This document shows, piece by piece, positions 1 to 9,040 of a stretch of 52,561 nt of DNA. Both the position numbers and the translations under genes were made by a program. The stretch's first letter is position 1. Each line of letters opens with the position of its first letter. The notes under the pieces were generated by a model. The model saw only the letters and a list, made by a program, of their open reading frames with translations. It made no database searches and was not told the DNA's origin. The DNA is from a virus (Duplodnaviria; Caudoviricetes), in IMG/VR virus record IMGVR_UViG_3300035670_000290, positions 1 to 52,561 of that record; one strand, written 5' to 3'.

Positions 1-2
1 AT

Positions 3-323
3 CGTGACTATATTGATGTTAGGGATTGCGCTAAAGCAATCGATCTGGTCGTCAGAAAGGGCGAATTGGACTCTATCTACAATATTGGAAACGGGAAGCC
101 AATAATCTTCCGAGACGTTATTCGCTATGCTCGAGACGCGATGGATTCAGGTTCTGAAATTCGTACAATTGAACAGAAAGAGTTTCATAAGAAAGTTCAA
201 TCCTCTCGCTCTTTCTTCATGGATAACACCAAGTTGATGGCGCTTGGATACCGCCCAGAATACTCAATCAACGAAACGATTGATGATATTATTCGTGGAA
301 TTCTAACTGAAGAAAATAACTAA
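3..323 (+). CDS. NAD-dependent epimerase/dehydratase, C-terminal part (5' truncated by window)
   Basis: Frame +3 is open from base 3 and reads RDYIDVRDCAKAIDLVVRKGELDSIYNIGNG...LMALGYRPEYSINETI. The RDxxxVxD, YNIGxG and LGY/WxP motifs fit extended SDR sugar epimerases. The ORF-track start at 66 is an internal TTG. Confidence 0.8.
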   Translation, partial: RDYIDVRDCAKAIDLVVRKGELDSIYNIGNGKPIIFRDVIRYARDAMDSGSEIRTIEQKEFHKKVQSSRSFFMDNTKLMALGYRPEYSINETIDDIIRGILTEENN

Positions 324-326
324 ATA
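319..326 (+). promoter_or_regulatory. T4-type late promoter-like box (ACTAAATA)
   Basis: Variant of the T4 late consensus TATAAATA at a gene boundary, ~30 nt before ATG 354. The NNTAAATA core recurs at most larger intergenic gaps. Confidence 0.55.
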
Positions 327-353
327 TACAATATCCCACAGTGTGGAGAAAGT

Positions 354-1496
354 ATGTTTGGGTTCAGACAATATATTCCGTTTCTAACAGAGCAAAAAGA
401 ACCTGCTCGCGGAATCCAACACCTTCCACACGCATTTGAACCAACTCTCCACGCGACTCGTGGGGGTGTAAACAAAGCCATCTCATCAATTCAAGGTGTT
501 ATTAGCGGTCGCGCTCCACTGACTCGTAAAATCGACGATCGTATGTCGTTTCAGGCTATTCGTACACCTGAAGGAAAGATCGCTGTCAAGTATAAGGGTC
601 CAGGCGCACAATATAATTATTCTGCAGACGATATAAAGAAGCAGTATAGCGAAAAGCCATATATCGCTGGACCGCTGATGAATACTCTCAAGCACATTCA
701 TAAAGTGCTTCCAGAAGGTCCAGGGGAGTATCAAGGTGGATATCTTAGTGCATTAGAGGATCGCACCGAAGAAGATGGTAAGATTGGGCACAAACCAAAT
801 ACTATTCGCTATTCTATAGATAAAAACTCCCCAGAAGGTAAGAAACTCGCAAAGGCTCCGTTGAGTATCGCCTTACACTCTAAACTGGATGCGGAGGGCA
901 AGCCTTCTCCTATTGAAGCAGGTGAATTGAAAGATCACCCTGATGTTCATGTAATGAGCCATCTCATTTCTCCAGAAGAAAGAAAACTCTCTCCTGAAGC
1001 GAAAAGAAAAGCACTAGAACATATCGCTATGGCTAAAAAGATGGCAAAGGGTCATGGTCACGAACATCATGAAGGGCACGAAGAAACATTACAGAGATAT
1101 GCCAACTCTACAATTGATAGTGGTGAGAAACCTTCGGCTAAAGGTTATACAAAGTTCTTAGAGAAACATCATCAGAAACTTATTGATAAAGTCAAAACAG
1201 AAAAAGCAAAAGCTCGTAAGACTGAAGAGATGAAAGCCGCGATCAATCACGTCAACGATAATCTAGAAAAGTTCGATCGCAGTTTCGACATTCATCGTCA
1301 TGTACAGCAAGCGACTTATACAGTTGCTGACGCTCTATCTAAAACTGCTCATGGTGGATATTCGCATCACATCTTTGGTCAAGAGGCTGCTGGAGAGGGA
1401 TTTGTTTCTGGTAATGCTAAATTTGTACCTCGTAAATTTACTGAAGCAAATCGAAAAAGATCAGCCGAACTCAAAGCGCAAAAGAGTATCATATGA
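354..1496 (+). CDS. Conserved T4-like phage protein with ATP-dependent ligase-like motifs (DUF6267-like)
   Basis: GGAG SD. Motifs TRKIDD (cf. KxDG), YQGG, GEGFV and KFVPR occur in ligase motif order. The gene overlaps a cytidylyltransferase gene, as I recall for this family in T4-like phages. Confidence 0.6.
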   Translation: MFGFRQYIPFLTEQKEPARGIQHLPHAFEPTLHATRGGVNKAISSIQGVISGRAPLTRKIDDRMSFQAIRTPEGKIAVKYKGPGAQYNYSADDIKKQYSEKPYIAGPLMNTLKHIHKVLPEGPGEYQGGYLSALEDRTEEDGKIGHKPNTIRYSIDKNSPEGKKLAKAPLSIALHSKLDAEGKPSPIEAGELKDHPDVHVMSHLISPEERKLSPEAKRKALEHIAMAKKMAKGHGHEHHEGHEETLQRYANSTIDSGEKPSAKGYTKFLEKHHQKLIDKVKTEKAKARKTEEMKAAINHVNDNLEKFDRSFDIHRHVQQATYTVADALSKTAHGGYSHHIFGQEAAGEGFVSGNAKFVPRKFTEANRKRSAELKAQKSII

Positions 1497-4219
1497 GTAA
1501 AGCCACGTTCACTTTTGGTCGCTTCAATCCACCAACTGAAGTTGGTCACGGTAAACTTGTATCAGCTGTTCAAGATCATGCCGAGAAAACTGGTGGTCAT
1601 CATTATATTTTCCCATCACACTCACAAGACGCTAAGAAGAATCCATTGAGTCATGGCGACAAAGTTCACGCTATGAATAGAATGTTTCCAAATGCTAACA
1701 TTGTTTCTCAAGGAAAAGTCAGAACAGCAATTGATGCAATGAAGCATATGGAGAAGAAAGGTCACACCGATGTCACTATGGTTGTCGGTTCTGATCGTGT
1801 TGCAGAGTTCCAGGGACTGCTTTCTAAATACAGAAAGAAAGATTTTCCAGGAATCAAAAAAGTAAGAGTAATCTCAGCAGGTCATCGCGATCCAGATGCA
1901 GAAGGCGCAGAAGGTATGTCTGCTTCTAAACTTCGTGGATTGGTTTCTGCTGGAAAGAAAGACGAATTCGTTTCACACTACAGCGACAAAAAACTTGGCG
2001 CGCATATACATGATAAGGTAAAAGCAGGTATGCAAATGGAATCTACTAATCCTATCGGCATTTTTCTACTTGGCGGTCCAGGCAGCGGGAAAGACTATGT
2101 TTTGAAAAACATTTTTTCTCGTTTTGATTTGACCGAAGTCCAAGCTGATCATATTCTAAATGGTGCTGCTGCAGATTTATTCGAATCCAAGCAAAACATC
2201 GTGATCAATGGTGCGAATGATGAAGAAAAAATTTCTGTCATTCAATCAATGCTTGAAGGATATACCTTTGATTTCGTTCATGTCACTGTAACGAATAAAG
2301 TTTCTCGCATGCGCAATGAGCAGCGCGAACAACCAATCGCTGAATCGAAGCGTATTGATAAATTCCTCAAAGCAGAAAAACTCTCAGACACATATGAGTG
2401 CTTCAAGTTCAATAACTCAATCAATCTAAATGAGTCTTCAGAACTAGAGAAAGTTTTCTTCGCTTCACAAATTGAAAAATTGCTAGAACGTATTGTTGAT
2501 CTTGGTCTTGAAATCAAAACAACACCAGAGCCAAAAACATTCACAGTTCTCAAAGAGAAATATTTTCCACCAGTAGCAAAGCACAAGTCAGGTCTACCAA
2601 AGAAGTATGTTGGCAAACTTTCTGACGCAACGGCTGCTGCTCGTAAGGCTCATTGGAAAAAGATGAGCAAGTTGTCAGATAAAGATCCAAGAGCATATGA
2701 ACCAGCTCCTGGTGATAAAACATCAAAGACGAAACCAAGCAAGCATACAATTGCTGTTCGTAAGATGATGGCAAATGAAGCTGAAGAACTTCCAAAGAAA
2801 CTTCGTCACGTTGCAAAGAGCGGAAATATCACTGCGGTGAAAGAGCGTCAAAGAGAAAATAAAATTGAAGAAGGCACTGATTCCTCACTTGCAGCAAAGG
2901 CAGCAAAGTCTGGCATTTCTGTTGGAACTCTTCGCAAGGTTTACAAGCGTGGTGTTGCTGCTTGGAATTCTGGACATCGTCCAGGAACGACACCACAACA
3001 GTGGGGTCATGCTCGCGTGAATTCTTATATCAATAAGGGTAAGACCTATCATACAGCAGATAAAGATCTTCGTGAAGAACTCGAAAACATTGACGAACTA
3101 TTTGAAATGCAATTGGTTGGTACAGATGAATATCGTAAGCATGCCATTGCTATGACACCAGGACAGGGAGAAATTGAGAATGCTTACAGCACTAAAGCGA
3201 CTACTGAAACCAAGAAATCAATCAACGAACATTGTGGTTGCGAAAGCGAGCCAATTACAGAAACTGGAAAGGGACATGGAGAGAGTGTTCGTCGACGTTT
3301 CAGAGATCTCAGAAGCGAAGCCAAGAAAGAAAAAGAAGTCAGCGGAGACTCAACAGTAAATTTGGAACCAGTCTTTGATCCGAAAAAGAAGAAGCCAAAG
3401 AATAGTCAAATTACTCCTCCAACTCACACTGATGCCGCTCTTCAGGGATTGCCAGTTGCTTCTCGCTATACAGCATTCGAAGAGAAAGAACCAAAGAAAG
3501 ATTTCATGCCAACTCCTCGCCAAGTTCCGCCTCCTCCAGGTGGACATGATGTTCCAAAGGGATTCAAGCGAGTTCGCGATAATATCGCTGGCTGGAAACT
3601 TGTAAAAGAAGAAGAAACAGAACTTACTCTCGAAGAAGCAGTTCAGTATCATCTAGAAAATAAAATTTCCTTCACGGAAAACACATTCCGTCCAGGATCT
3701 GAGATGTTCTTCGATATGATTGGTGAGGCAAAACGTCTTTATAAAGAAGGCAAGTATGAGCCAAAAGATGATTGGGAAAGAGATATGCTTGAGTCAAACA
3801 TCGGAGAAATTGCCGAGTTTGAGGGTCAACAAGTTGTTCTTGATTATCCTATTGAAGAAGGTCTTGAGGAGTGTTGGTCAGGATATACTCAACGCGGAAT
3901 GAAGAAGAAGGGCGATAAAATGGTCCCCAACTGCGTTCCTATGAACGAAGAAGGCAAGAGCGATCCAACAGATGGAAAGGGTATCGGCAAACCATTCCGC
4001 TCTGGTGGTGGTGGTGCTGTCTATGTTCGTGTCGGCGACGGAGTTCGTAAGATCAATTTCAGCCAATCTGGAATGACGAAGAAGTATATGGATCCTGCTG
4101 CAACTCGCAGTTTCGTGGCTCGTCATCATTGCTTGACAAATAAAGATAAAACGTCACGTTCCTATTGGGCGTGTCGTTGGCCAAGATTCTTCAGTAACTC
4201 TGGAAAGACATGGTGGTAA
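1493..4219 (+). CDS. Multidomain protein: cytidylyltransferase-like domain + P-loop kinase-like domain + DUF5824-like and other phage modules
   Basis: N-terminal TFGRFNPPTEVGH..L, KNPL, VVGSDR and MSAS motifs (HxGH nucleotidyltransferase); GGPGSGKD P-loop; VYKRGVAAWNSGHRPGTTPQQWGHARVNS; CWSGY...VPNCVP; C-terminal ARHHC...YWACRW. Confidence 0.75.
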   Translation: MSKATFTFGRFNPPTEVGHGKLVSAVQDHAEKTGGHHYIFPSHSQDAKKNPLSHGDKVHAMNRMFPNANIVSQGKVRTAIDAMKHMEKKGHTDVTMVVGSDRVAEFQGLLSKYRKKDFPGIKKVRVISAGHRDPDAEGAEGMSASKLRGLVSAGKKDEFVSHYSDKKLGAHIHDKVKAGMQMESTNPIGIFLLGGPGSGKDYVLKNIFSRFDLTEVQADHILNGAAADLFESKQNIVINGANDEEKISVIQSMLEGYTFDFVHVTVTNKVSRMRNEQREQPIAESKRIDKFLKAEKLSDTYECFKFNNSINLNESSELEKVFFASQIEKLLERIVDLGLEIKTTPEPKTFTVLKEKYFPPVAKHKSGLPKKYVGKLSDATAAARKAHWKKMSKLSDKDPRAYEPAPGDKTSKTKPSKHTIAVRKMMANEAEELPKKLRHVAKSGNITAVKERQRENKIEEGTDSSLAAKAAKSGISVGTLRKVYKRGVAAWNSGHRPGTTPQQWGHARVNSYINKGKTYHTADKDLREELENIDELFEMQLVGTDEYRKHAIAMTPGQGEIENAYSTKATTETKKSINEHCGCESEPITETGKGHGESVRRRFRDLRSEAKKEKEVSGDSTVNLEPVFDPKKKKPKNSQITPPTHTDAALQGLPVASRYTAFEEKEPKKDFMPTPRQVPPPPGGHDVPKGFKRVRDNIAGWKLVKEEETELTLEEAVQYHLENKISFTENTFRPGSEMFFDMIGEAKRLYKEGKYEPKDDWERDMLESNIGEIAEFEGQQVVLDYPIEEGLEECWSGYTQRGMKKKGDKMVPNCVPMNEEGKSDPTDGKGIGKPFRSGGGGAVYVRVGDGVRKINFSQSGMTKKYMDPAATRSFVARHHCLTNKDKTSRSYWACRWPRFFSNSGKTWW

Positions 4220-4220
4220 T

Positions 4221-4499
4221 GTGGATCAACCATATTTGGATGAAAAACTAAATAATTGGTCGTTCATCCGAACATTCAAACATGATGTTTTGAGCGAAGA
4301 ATTAGTTTGGCATCGAGATGAAAAGGGTAGATATATTGAGGTTTTAGAGGGTAGTGGTTGGGAAATTCAATACGATAATAAACTACCCAAGAAACTTTAT
4401 AAAGGCGATCGGTTTTTTATCCCTGAGAAAACCTTTCATAGAATAAAACGGGGAACGACTGATTTGATCGTAAAGATCGAGGAATTTGATGGAATATAA
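4221..4499 (+). CDS. Small cupin-fold protein
   Basis: GTG start. WHRD...IEVLEGSGW and GDRFFIPEKTFHRI match cupin motifs 1 and 2. Confidence 0.65.
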   Translation: MDQPYLDEKLNNWSFIRTFKHDVLSEELVWHRDEKGRYIEVLEGSGWEIQYDNKLPKKLYKGDRFFIPEKTFHRIKRGTTDLIVKIEEFDGI

Positions 4500-4983
4500 T
4501 AGTTTGATTGAACAAGCGGAACAAATGGTTTCTGAACAAACAGAACCTGCTCTGATCGACGCATTGACTAGTGTGATGTCAGATGCATTTGTCTTTTACT
4601 TCAAGGCTCATTCTTTCCATTGGAATGTAACTGGTAAAGACTTTCCTCAGTTGCATAAATTCTTCGGTAAAATTTATGAAGATGTTTTCGAAAATATCGA
4701 TTCTCTCGCCGAACATCTTCGAGCACTCAATGCTCCAGCTCCGATGAATCTATCAACGATACTTGCTAGTTCAAAGATTATGGAAAACAAAGATCCGTTG
4801 ACCGCAATGGAGATGGTTGCTGCTCTTGAAGCAGATAATACCAAAGTTCTTGCTGGTCTTTTGGCATGCGCAAAAATGGCAGAAGCCGCAGATGAAATTG
4901 GGCTAAATGATTTCCTCACACAGCTTTACGACGAGCACAAGAAATTGGCTTGGATGTTGTCCTCAACACTAAAAGGTCTATAA
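4489..4983 (+). CDS. dps: Dps / ferritin-like DNA-protection protein
   Basis: KAHSFHWNVTGKDFPQLHKFFGKIYE...IDSLAEHLRAL and HKKLAWML are the Dps signature with ferroxidase residues. A GAGGA SD favours ATG 4489. Confidence 0.9.
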   Translation: MEYNSLIEQAEQMVSEQTEPALIDALTSVMSDAFVFYFKAHSFHWNVTGKDFPQLHKFFGKIYEDVFENIDSLAEHLRALNAPAPMNLSTILASSKIMENKDPLTAMEMVAALEADNTKVLAGLLACAKMAEAADEIGLNDFLTQLYDEHKKLAWMLSSTLKGL

Positions 4984-4985
4984 AA

Positions 4986-6485
4986 ATGGCAGTAAAAGTT
5001 CCACCGCTACTTCATAAAATGTCAGCCAGTGCTCAAAAGGCATGGTATAAGAAGCATGGTATGGAGATGCCAGCAAAAGAAAAGTCTGCTGCAACAGCAG
5101 GTAAGATGAAGCCAGCAGCTGCTAAAAAAGCAGAACCTGTTGCCGCTGATAAGCCAAAGACTGCCAGAGAAATTAGTATGGAACGTCAAAAGGCATATTA
5201 CGCCAAAGGCGGTCGTCAGCCAATCGGCGCAGGTGGCAGTGGTGGTCACTCATCAATGGCTGGTGTCGGTCAATCATCTGCAAAAGAAATTATAAAAGGC
5301 ATCCGCGCTGGAATCAATCCTAAGAGTCGCGGAATAGGTGAAGAAGTCTCTCCAATGATCAAGCCACCTACAAATCGATTTGACAAAAAATCAGACGCCT
5401 TTGCGCATGTAGAGAAGCATGGTGGCAAGGTATACAAACAAACATACACTGACTCAAAAGGTCAACAAACAGTATCATATTCTGTCAAGAAAGAAGAAGT
5501 TGAACTTGATGAGGGTAAGATGAAAGATATCGTCACCGATCGCCAAGAAACAGAACGTCTAGAAAAAGATCTACCATTTACACCAGATAAGAATAAAGTC
5601 CGCAGAGGATCAGGAGGAGCAATGTCTCAAGCAAAATGGCTTGCAAAACAAGCAATGATGAAAAAGATGAAATCAATGGGAATGAAAGAAGAAGCAATCG
5701 TAGAAGTCGCAGATGCTGATAAGGGTGAGTATGACTACGAAGGCGATATGGCAAAGTCTCAGTTGAAGAGCATTATCACTAATGCCCAACGTCTACATGA
5801 CATGCTTGAAGACAACACAAATCTTCCTGAGTGGGTTCAAAGCAAGATCACTCTTGCTGAGGATTATGTTCTAACTGCCGCCAGTTACATGGAAGGTAAG
5901 ATGAACGAAGAAGCACTGACGGAATTGGCTGCTTCACTCGATGAAGAAATCGAATTGTTCGAAAAAGCACCTCCAGGATCAAAGTATGAGCGTATGGTCA
6001 AGCATATCAAGAAAGGATATGCAAAGGGCGGCTTGACTCCAAAAGAAAAATCAATCGCTTATGCAACCGCTTGGAAGGCTTATAAGAAGAATGAAGAAGT
6101 TGAGCAGATCGATGAACTCAAAAAATCAACACTTGCTTCTTATGTCAACAAAGCAGCAAATCAAGTGCGCGCAAAATCAGGAATTGCTGCCAGTTTTGAA
6201 ACGCAAGGCGCAAGAAAAAGAAATCCTGAAAATAAAACAGCATATTGGGATGTAGCACAAGACTATAGAAAGGGTGCTAGAAAACGTCTTACTGGTATTG
6301 AAAAGGCAACTTCTAAATTAGCCAAAGAAGAAGTTGAGCAAGTAACAGAAGCCGAAGGCACTGTTGCTGTAACCCCAAAAGAAAAGGCACTCGCTGCGCA
6401 TCACGGCGATCCAAAGAAAATCACTTACGGTGATGTAATCAAAGCACGTCTAAAGTCAGTCGCTGCAAAGAAAATGGGTAAATAA
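4986..6485 (+). CDS. Lys/Glu-rich probable head-internal (poly)protein
   Basis: ATG 4986 follows the dps stop. Repeated EEVELDE/EEVEQIDE/EEVEQVTE linkers separate basic modules, plus an EYDYEGDMAKSQL...LPEWVQSKIT module. Confidence 0.6.
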   Translation: MAVKVPPLLHKMSASAQKAWYKKHGMEMPAKEKSAATAGKMKPAAAKKAEPVAADKPKTAREISMERQKAYYAKGGRQPIGAGGSGGHSSMAGVGQSSAKEIIKGIRAGINPKSRGIGEEVSPMIKPPTNRFDKKSDAFAHVEKHGGKVYKQTYTDSKGQQTVSYSVKKEEVELDEGKMKDIVTDRQETERLEKDLPFTPDKNKVRRGSGGAMSQAKWLAKQAMMKKMKSMGMKEEAIVEVADADKGEYDYEGDMAKSQLKSIITNAQRLHDMLEDNTNLPEWVQSKITLAEDYVLTAASYMEGKMNEEALTELAASLDEEIELFEKAPPGSKYERMVKHIKKGYAKGGLTPKEKSIAYATAWKAYKKNEEVEQIDELKKSTLASYVNKAANQVRAKSGIAASFETQGARKRNPENKTAYWDVAQDYRKGARKRLTGIEKATSKLAKEEVEQVTEAEGTVAVTPKEKALAAHHGDPKKITYGDVIKARLKSVAAKKMGK

Positions 6486-6486
6486 C

Positions 6487-7206
6487 ATGAAGTATCAAGT
6501 ACAAATCTCATACACTAATCCTTCTCACGAACATGTTTCATTGCGTCGTCGAGTTGATACTGTAAATCGTTTGGTTGAAGCATCAAACGAAGATGAAGCC
6601 ATCAATCGCGCAGCAAATCAACAACGTGCTCTTGGATTTAGAATTCAAGAAGCAAAGGTTATCAATGAAGAACAGCGCACAGCCACTTTCCCAATCGGTG
6701 GTGGTGTAGTCAATCTTCCTAAGAATCTACCATCAGAAAAAGATGGCACTGCAAAGGTTTATGACGCAGAGAAAGATGAAAAGAAACTTTCTCCAAAAGG
6801 CGGCTTTGCAGTAAAGAAAGAAGAAGTTGAAGCAGTTACTGAAGCAGACGTAACCAAAGATCTTCGCACTTCAATGAAGGCAATGGATCTTCGTCACGGT
6901 GTTGATGCAGATAAACGCGATGCTGGTTATAAAAAATCACCAGCAGTTGCCGCTGCGCAAAAGAAATTCGACACTCAATCAAAGGGTCAAGGCAAAATGC
7001 GTCCACAGGCTGGAACTCTTGCTGCTGTCCATAAGTCTATGGAACGCACAATGGAACGCGATATGAAGAAAGAAGCAGCAGATCCAGGTTCTGTGAAAGT
7101 GGTAAATAAGAAAGTGAAGGCTGCTGACAAGATGATCAGTGCAGCAAAGAAAGCTGCTACTGTAAATCTAGAGCCAGAACTAAAGATCACACGCCCAATG
7201 GTGTAA
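6487..7206 (+). CDS. Hypothetical protein, probable head-internal protein
   Basis: Tightly packed ORF, Lys-rich, with VINEE and KKEEVEAVTE linkers like the upstream gene. Confidence 0.55.
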   Translation: MKYQVQISYTNPSHEHVSLRRRVDTVNRLVEASNEDEAINRAANQQRALGFRIQEAKVINEEQRTATFPIGGGVVNLPKNLPSEKDGTAKVYDAEKDEKKLSPKGGFAVKKEEVEAVTEADVTKDLRTSMKAMDLRHGVDADKRDAGYKKSPAVAAAQKKFDTQSKGQGKMRPQAGTLAAVHKSMERTMERDMKKEAADPGSVKVVNKKVKAADKMISAAKKAATVNLEPELKITRPMV

Positions 7207-7211
7207 GCAAA

Positions 7212-7673
7212 ATGCTAAAGTTCAAACAATATATCAATGAAGAAGTTGATGATTCAATCTCTACTGATGAGCGTCGTCTAGAAAATAATCTAGATGCGAT
7301 CAATGATGAATTGGATACATTGACAGATAAGCCATATCAAAACGCTCCAGTGTTTCTATCGCAATTGCGTGGAGTTTGCGAGCGTTATGGTATTCAAATT
7401 CCACAATCAGCAACAACAGAGTTCTTGAATCTGGGTGCTGAACTGGTCTATTCTCTTGGTGCATCTGGCAAATATCTCTATATCGTTTTCGATACAAACG
7501 ATGCAGATGGATTTGTTGATGGTTATGCTCAAGTTGTAAACAGCGATGAGCTGGACGACTTGATGGGTATGACTGGTGACGAATTGGCAGCAGAACGCGA
7601 ACCAATTACTATGCGTCCTTCAACCTGGTATGCAAAACGAGACGACGATTCAGGAAACGACGGCGAATACTAA
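7212..7673 (+). CDS. Hypothetical acidic protein with capsid-targeting-like N-terminus
   Basis: Starts MLKFKQYINEE, similar to the T4 internal-protein leader MKTYQEFIAE. Confidence 0.55.
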   Translation: MLKFKQYINEEVDDSISTDERRLENNLDAINDELDTLTDKPYQNAPVFLSQLRGVCERYGIQIPQSATTEFLNLGAELVYSLGASGKYLYIVFDTNDADGFVDGYAQVVNSDELDDLMGMTGDELAAEREPITMRPSTWYAKRDDDSGNDGEY

Positions 7674-7676
7674 TAT

Positions 7677-8066
7677 ATGTTTTTTGATGATTTGAATGAG
7701 TCAAATATTTTGTTATATGCGGCAAAATGCTATGATAAGCCAAACTGCATTGACAGTGAATTCGATGAAGATTATAAAAGAATTCGTTATATAAAGCGAT
7801 TGCTTCATCGATATCGTGTTACTGGAGAGTTGAAAGAAAGGCTTATACTAAACCATCTTGTCGTCGCACAAAATGTATTTGGTGTTGAAGGTTCTACAAG
7901 AATGTTATTTTTGCGAATTGATTCTAAAGATTATAGCGCACTAAAGACATTCTTGATTTATACCTCAGCAATGCCGAACATTGTAAAAGGGATACGTGGA
8001 GAAAATATTATTTCCAGCGATATTCCTTTAGATAATAGAATTGTAGATGTACTGAGAAAACTGTAA
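7677..8066 (+). CDS. Conserved hypothetical protein of T4-like phages
   Basis: LYAAKCYDKPNC...EFDEDYKRIRYIKRL...GELKERLILNH is a pattern I recognise from T4-like cyano/pelagiphage genomes. Function unknown. Confidence 0.65.
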   Translation: MFFDDLNESNILLYAAKCYDKPNCIDSEFDEDYKRIRYIKRLLHRYRVTGELKERLILNHLVVAQNVFGVEGSTRMLFLRIDSKDYSALKTFLIYTSAMPNIVKGIRGENIISSDIPLDNRIVDVLRKL

Positions 8067-8069
8067 CTA

Positions 8070-8438
8070 ATGAAAAGATTCAAACAATTTTCTGAACAAA
8101 TTGCTATGAGCGTCGGTAGCGGTGCAGTCGCAGGAATGCCAACCGCCAGCCCACCCGAGCAAACACCTGTTCCTGCAGGTGTCACAACTAAAAAGAAAAT
8201 GCTCCGTAGAGTCAAACCGCACGATATGTTCGGTGGTATTCCAGTATTCAAAGTCCGCACCGAAGATTATCATAAAGCTGTTCACGGAAAGAAAAAGTTC
8301 AAACACTATACATCATATGTTTCTGGTTCTTTAGGTGAGGATGTACGAGATTTCGCTACGCAAAATCCCAACTCTGGAATTATTGTACAAGATGAAGTTA
8401 CAGGCGCAATGTTTTATTTGAAGCACGGGAAGAAATGA
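8070..8438 (+). CDS. Hypothetical protein with capsid-targeting-like N-terminus
   Basis: Starts MKRFKQFSEQ; basic C-terminal domain ending IIVQDEVTGAMFYLK. Confidence 0.55.
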   Translation: MKRFKQFSEQIAMSVGSGAVAGMPTASPPEQTPVPAGVTTKKKMLRRVKPHDMFGGIPVFKVRTEDYHKAVHGKKKFKHYTSYVSGSLGEDVRDFATQNPNSGIIVQDEVTGAMFYLKHGKK

Positions 8439-8439
8439 A

Positions 8440-8682
8440 ATGAAAAAGATCGCTTTCTTACTTGCTTTGTCATTTACCCTAGTTGGGTGTGAAGAAAGAT
8501 ATAGATATCCATGTCAAGATCCAGAAAATGCTGAAAAGGCAGAGTGCAATCGCCCTGTCTGTGAAGCCGATGGCATGTGCTATGATACACTAAATGGGTT
8601 GCCACCACAGCAATCACCAGTTGAAGAAGAAGCAGCTCCAGCTGCAGATTGTAATTGTAATATTGAATCCACAGGAGAATAA
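8440..8682 (+). CDS. Cys-rich lipoprotein (lysis-cassette associated)
   Basis: MKK + hydrophobic stretch + lipobox LVGC; mature part has RYPCQDP..C...C...C and a Pro/Glu-rich tail. Confidence 0.7.
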   Translation: MKKIAFLLALSFTLVGCEERYRYPCQDPENAEKAECNRPVCEADGMCYDTLNGLPPQQSPVEEEAAPAADCNCNIESTGE

Positions 8683-8684
8683 TT

Positions 8685-9032
8685 ATGTTTAAGGGTCCAC
8701 GTTATACTGAATCAGAATTGATGGCTCGATTGAAATTCACGGTCGGTCTTTCATTGGCATTTACGCTTACGGGAATCGTGTTTGTAGTTCTCTACTCATT
8801 GATTTTTGTCACGCAGCCAATGCAACAATCACCAAACGACGCAAAGTTTTTTGAGTTGATTACACCTATCGCAACATTCTTGACTGGCATTCTCTCAGGC
8901 ATTATGCTTGGTAAACAAGATGATAAAAAAGAAGAACCAAAACCACCAGTTGATGAAGAACCAAAGCCAGAAGATCTACTTCCTGAGCCTGTAAAGGAAC
9001 TCGTCGAAGAAGTTGAAGATCATATCGCTTGA
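8685..9032 (+). CDS. Two-TM membrane protein, holin candidate
   Basis: Hydrophobic segments FTVGLSLAFTLTGIVFVVLYSLIFV and LITPIATFLTGILSGIML, charged C-tail, GGAG SD, directly upstream of the endolysin. Confidence 0.55.
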   Translation: MFKGPRYTESELMARLKFTVGLSLAFTLTGIVFVVLYSLIFVTQPMQQSPNDAKFFELITPIATFLTGILSGIMLGKQDDKKEEPKPPVDEEPKPEDLLPEPVKELVEEVEDHIA

Positions 9033-9040
9033 GGTGACTT

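Noticed and set aside
4950-4985. ORF-track starts at 4950 (and similarly 66, 4486, 48987)
   Set aside because: Better starts exist: ATG 4986 after the dps stop, ATG 4489 with an SD, and ATG 48999 matching paralogs. The first ORF continues past the window edge.
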